Positions 60,417 through 64,000 of a stretch of DNA of 64,000 bases are shown here, piece after piece. A program made the translations under genes and the position numbers. The notes beneath the pieces were generated by a model. That model saw nothing but the letters and a program-made list of their open reading frames with translations, ran no database searches and was not told where the DNA came from. Origin of the DNA: Takakia lepidozioides (lineage: Eukaryota; Plantae; Bryophyta); the NCBI GenBank assembly GCA_030704615.1, contig CM060732.1:66402001-66466000 (forward strand), written 5' to 3'. Position 1 is the stretch's first letter. The number at the start of each line of letters is the position of its first letter.

Positions 60417-63400
60417 ATGGCTTCCTCTGAAGCGGAGTTCTTCTCTGACGACAAACCAGTGCCGTTCTCCTAGAAAGTCCTTGACAATGGATTTGCAATT
60501 GTTCTAGAACATGTCTTGGCTACCCGTTTTCAGCTGCAGAATGGCTCCATCTTTTTGGAGAAAGAGGTGTATGATCTTAAAGGGAAGTTGTTGAAATACT
60601 CTTTCCAAAACCGTGATGAGACGGCTCATATCAGCTAGTGGAGAGTGCGTCCTGGTCGATACAGAGTACTTGGAGAGCCTCGACGAAAGTCCCTTGGGTC
60701 ATATGTGACGCCCGAGACTGCTGCTTCGGTCGTTGAAGACAAGAGGGAGGTGGTGGTGAAAAAAGAACAGACGTCCTCCACTCCAATCGTTGAGCTTTCG
60801 GATTCGTCCGATGATGACATAAGTGAAATTCCAAATCCAGTCCTTCCTACTGTGGTTGGAGAAGCTGATGAAGAAGAGATTTGTAGTGTCATTCCAAAAT
60901 TGCGGGCGATGGGAAGAATGGCTGGATTCAAAATTGAGTTGCGGGGAATTGATTGGGAATCTTTGAAGCAGGTGCCTGTGAAGTTCTTGCCAGAGACTTT
61001 TGATGGCGATATCCTATTCGAGCTGCCTCCTCCTTCGCGAGTTGGAGGTGTAACAATCATGATGCATGGAATGGACAAGAAACACGACGGGCACCCGTGG
61101 TGCAGAACAAAAACATCCAATATTCAGAATGATGACAAACTTGTTTTCAGGAGGACAGTTTGCAATGGACACCTTAGGTGTGATAATTTGAATTGCAGAC
61201 ACTTTCTTCAGTTTGGGGTTCATAATCAAAGCGAATGGGAGGGTCTGGCGGAAAATCCATTTCAGCTTGGGACTGCCCCTCCACCGGCAAACACTTTCGT
61301 CTGCAAATTCTGCAAACTTGTGCCATCCTGCTTGGCGCTCTGCGGAGCAAGAATATACTATGTTGTCCACCGTTTGAAAACAATGACAAGAGCTTGTGTG
61401 CATTTCGGATTCCATAACCATCCTGTCTCGAAGGGGATTACAGGGAGAGTGTTGAGACAGTATCGAGGTTGATCAAACAGGAGTTCGGGAGAAACCCATC
61501 CGCAACAACATCTGCAATTGCTCTTGGCGCAAGCAAGTCCTTCTTGGAAAGCCATATTTTGAGTGAAGGGGATTCTGTGGGGACTAAACTTGACGGTGCA
61601 GCATTGGACCTGGTCATGGATCATTTCTCCACTTTAAGTTCACCTAACATTCGGCATCAGATCAATGCATTGAGAATGGGCTCTGGGATCAGAGGCTACA
61701 TAGACAACATTTTGGAATTGAAACAAGTGAGCAAGTACGATTACATCCAGGACAATGTATTCCCAGGTCAAGGTGCCATCAAAGTTTTTCTTTTCAAAAT
61801 GTCGACTGTTGGGGAGGGCAGTGGGGTTAGCCTCGTGAAGCGGATGCAGAAGACTGGGGACTTGCAGAACTGTTTCTTATGTTTGATCATGTGAAACGAG
61901 TGAAGGATTGGACAAAAATGGCTTGTCATGTTTACGATCCAGTGTACCAACGAGTTATGACAATTGCAGTTTGTGACATGCAATCCGAGGATACGGAATC
62001 CCAGAAGCTCATGTGGAATTCCCTAATATGTGTCATGGGCTGCCATCTCCAAATTTCGCAGGTTTCATGGCGGATAGTGCTCAAGCAAATTTCAATGCTG
62101 TTCGTATTGTCTTCGGATCGGGCGACCCAAAAGTGCCTATGCCAGGAAGAGAGCGTACGTGTCTATTCCATTGGACACAATCTCTGGAAAAATATACAAA
62201 GTCGGACATCAAACCAGAGATGCAGACTCAGCACCATAAATTGTGCAAAGAGTACAAAGATGCTAGAACAATGAAGGAGGCGGACACTTTGTTCCAGACA
62301 ATTCGTGCCTGGTGGTTCTCTTCTTGAGCTGCATCACTTGAGAGTATGAGAGCATTGGAAGATTGGCTGGCGTTTTGGCACTTCCGGTATAGACAGTGGG
62401 GAGCAGCCATGCCATTGGTACGAGGCTTATATTTATTGCTTTATTCATACATTTGCTTTCCATTTTATTGTGTCATCGCTTTCTTTATGTTGTTTTCTGT
62501 TCACTGTTTTGAAGTGTGGTTTTGCACTTTGCAGAACATGTCCATTGAGGAAATGGCGGACATGTCATCTTGCAATTTGGCAGAAACTGTGCACAACGCA
62601 TGGTTGCAGCAGTCTGGGAAACGAGGTCGGGATTTGTATGTGGCAACAACAGATGATTTGATACGTGCCTTGCAACAACAAACCCAATACCGTGATTTCT
62701 TACGAGGTGGGGTTGGTGGCAAGGGTCCGGACAAATGGGAGTTTGATGTTGCGTGCTGCAAACAGATTTGGGGATCCAATCAAGATAGCACGGGCGGTGA
62801 ACATGTATGCCCAGGGAACGCCACTTGTTTCTAGAGTTCCACATCTTGAAGGGGAGGAGAGATTCGGCTCATGTAAGAGGAAATTGAACACTCCACCTGG
62901 TTCGGATTCAGATTCCCACAGGGTAGACCATGATAACTTCTCAAAGCCTCGTGTTCCCCTGCATGACAGCTCCATGTCCGGAACCTCCATTGTGGAGGAA
63001 CCTCCAACACGACGGCAAGCTCCAGCATCAAACAATGCCACTGAAATGGTGCAGGAGAGAAACAACCCCCTTGATGTGCTTGCCCCGACCACGTTTGGCA
63101 CATAGAACGCACAAGTGTAGGGTCTCGTGTGAAATGTACAGCGATCAGGGTAACTAATTTCGAGAAGTGCACTTCATCTATATCCAGAGGTGGTGCCCGA
63201 ACTCCTGCTCCGACTTTCACGGGCTTGATGCGTCCATACGGTCAACCAGAAGCCAAGAACCACAAGTTCTGGTTCTGCGCAGATGATTGTGCCAGATCTG
63301 TGCATGGAACTGTGCGTCCTTCCGTAGTGATGAAGCCATCTCCTCCAACCGTTTGTCCGTGAAGGTGGGAACACATCTCAGTTTTCAAGAGATTGAAATG

Positions 63401-63910
63401 CTGGAGGAGGCAGGTTTTTCCCTTGCGAGACAATCCCAACTCCATGCATGTGCTACTACTTCTGCGTCCTCCCGGGTCCCCCTGGCAAATCCTGACTTGT
63501 GGCCAACCAAACGAGATGGAAAGCTCGTTCGGCGTTTCCCTCCAACCGCTGAACACTTTGGCAAAGTGGAGTCCGCAAGAATGCTCCAAGCTCGTGTTGG
63601 AAGCACCACGGAAGTACCCGATCCAGGATATGGTCGGGTATTCACAATCATCACTTCCACATCTGCTGTTCATGACAGGACCTACGACATCACGGTTTCC
63701 AATTTCCCCAATTACACATGTCCTGATTTTGTGAATATGCTATCAACCAGTTTGGGCAAGAGAGGTAAATTCATACCCTGCAAACATTTGTATTTCATAT
63801 TTTTGAAGAGGATGGTTTGCGATCCCAAACGTGACAACTTCATTCACCAGACCACTATGAATTTCAACGAGGTCGATACTCTATTGCAGCGGGATACAAC
63901 ACATGGGTAG
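60417..63910 (+). pseudogene. Mutator-like (MULE) transposase with N-terminal GCM/WRKY-type domain and C-terminal SWIM finger; frameshifted, intron 62418-62534
   Basis: GCM-like KHDGHPW..CNGHLRCDNLNC..CKFC..CGAR..HFGFHNHP. MULE core FDHVKR, FMADSAQAN, RTCLFHW, NLAETVH. SWIM YTCPDF..CKHLYF. TATAAA at about 60393 precedes an in-frame ATG at 60417. Confidence 0.8.
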
Positions 63911-64000
63911 CATCAACTATGCAATGTGGTATGTGGACGACCATGATTTGAAATGTGTAATTCACATCAATTCGTCGGCGGTGCAATGATATGGCCTCCA

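Overview
Eukaryotic nuclear DNA from a land plant, probably a seed-free lineage (inferred from the gene and transposon families; the species cannot be determined). The first 12 kb holds two convergent intron-containing host genes, a mitochondrial bL28-family ribosomal protein (+) and a ZAR1-like LRR-III receptor kinase (-). A decayed L1/Tx1-type LINE lies between them. The remaining 52 kb is nested mobile DNA. It includes a chromovirus (Gypsy) 3' end with LTR, Copia remnants, and a complete 3.9-kb hAT element with an intact transposase and a perfect 8-bp TSD. It also holds several arrays of regularly spaced palindromes with AT-rich spacers and a degenerate divergent RING / OB-fold gene pair. 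From about 48 kb to the end lies a block with a Sola-like transposase pseudogene, a spliced ParB/Srx-like gene, small orphan ORFs and a GCM-MULE-SWIM transposase pseudogene. A shared 26-bp palindrome (GAACCTCCACTGGACAGTGGAGGTTC) is dispersed through this block. That suggests one large multi-gene mobile element, the best candidate here for an undescribed system. All family assignments come from motif recognition by eye; no searches were run.
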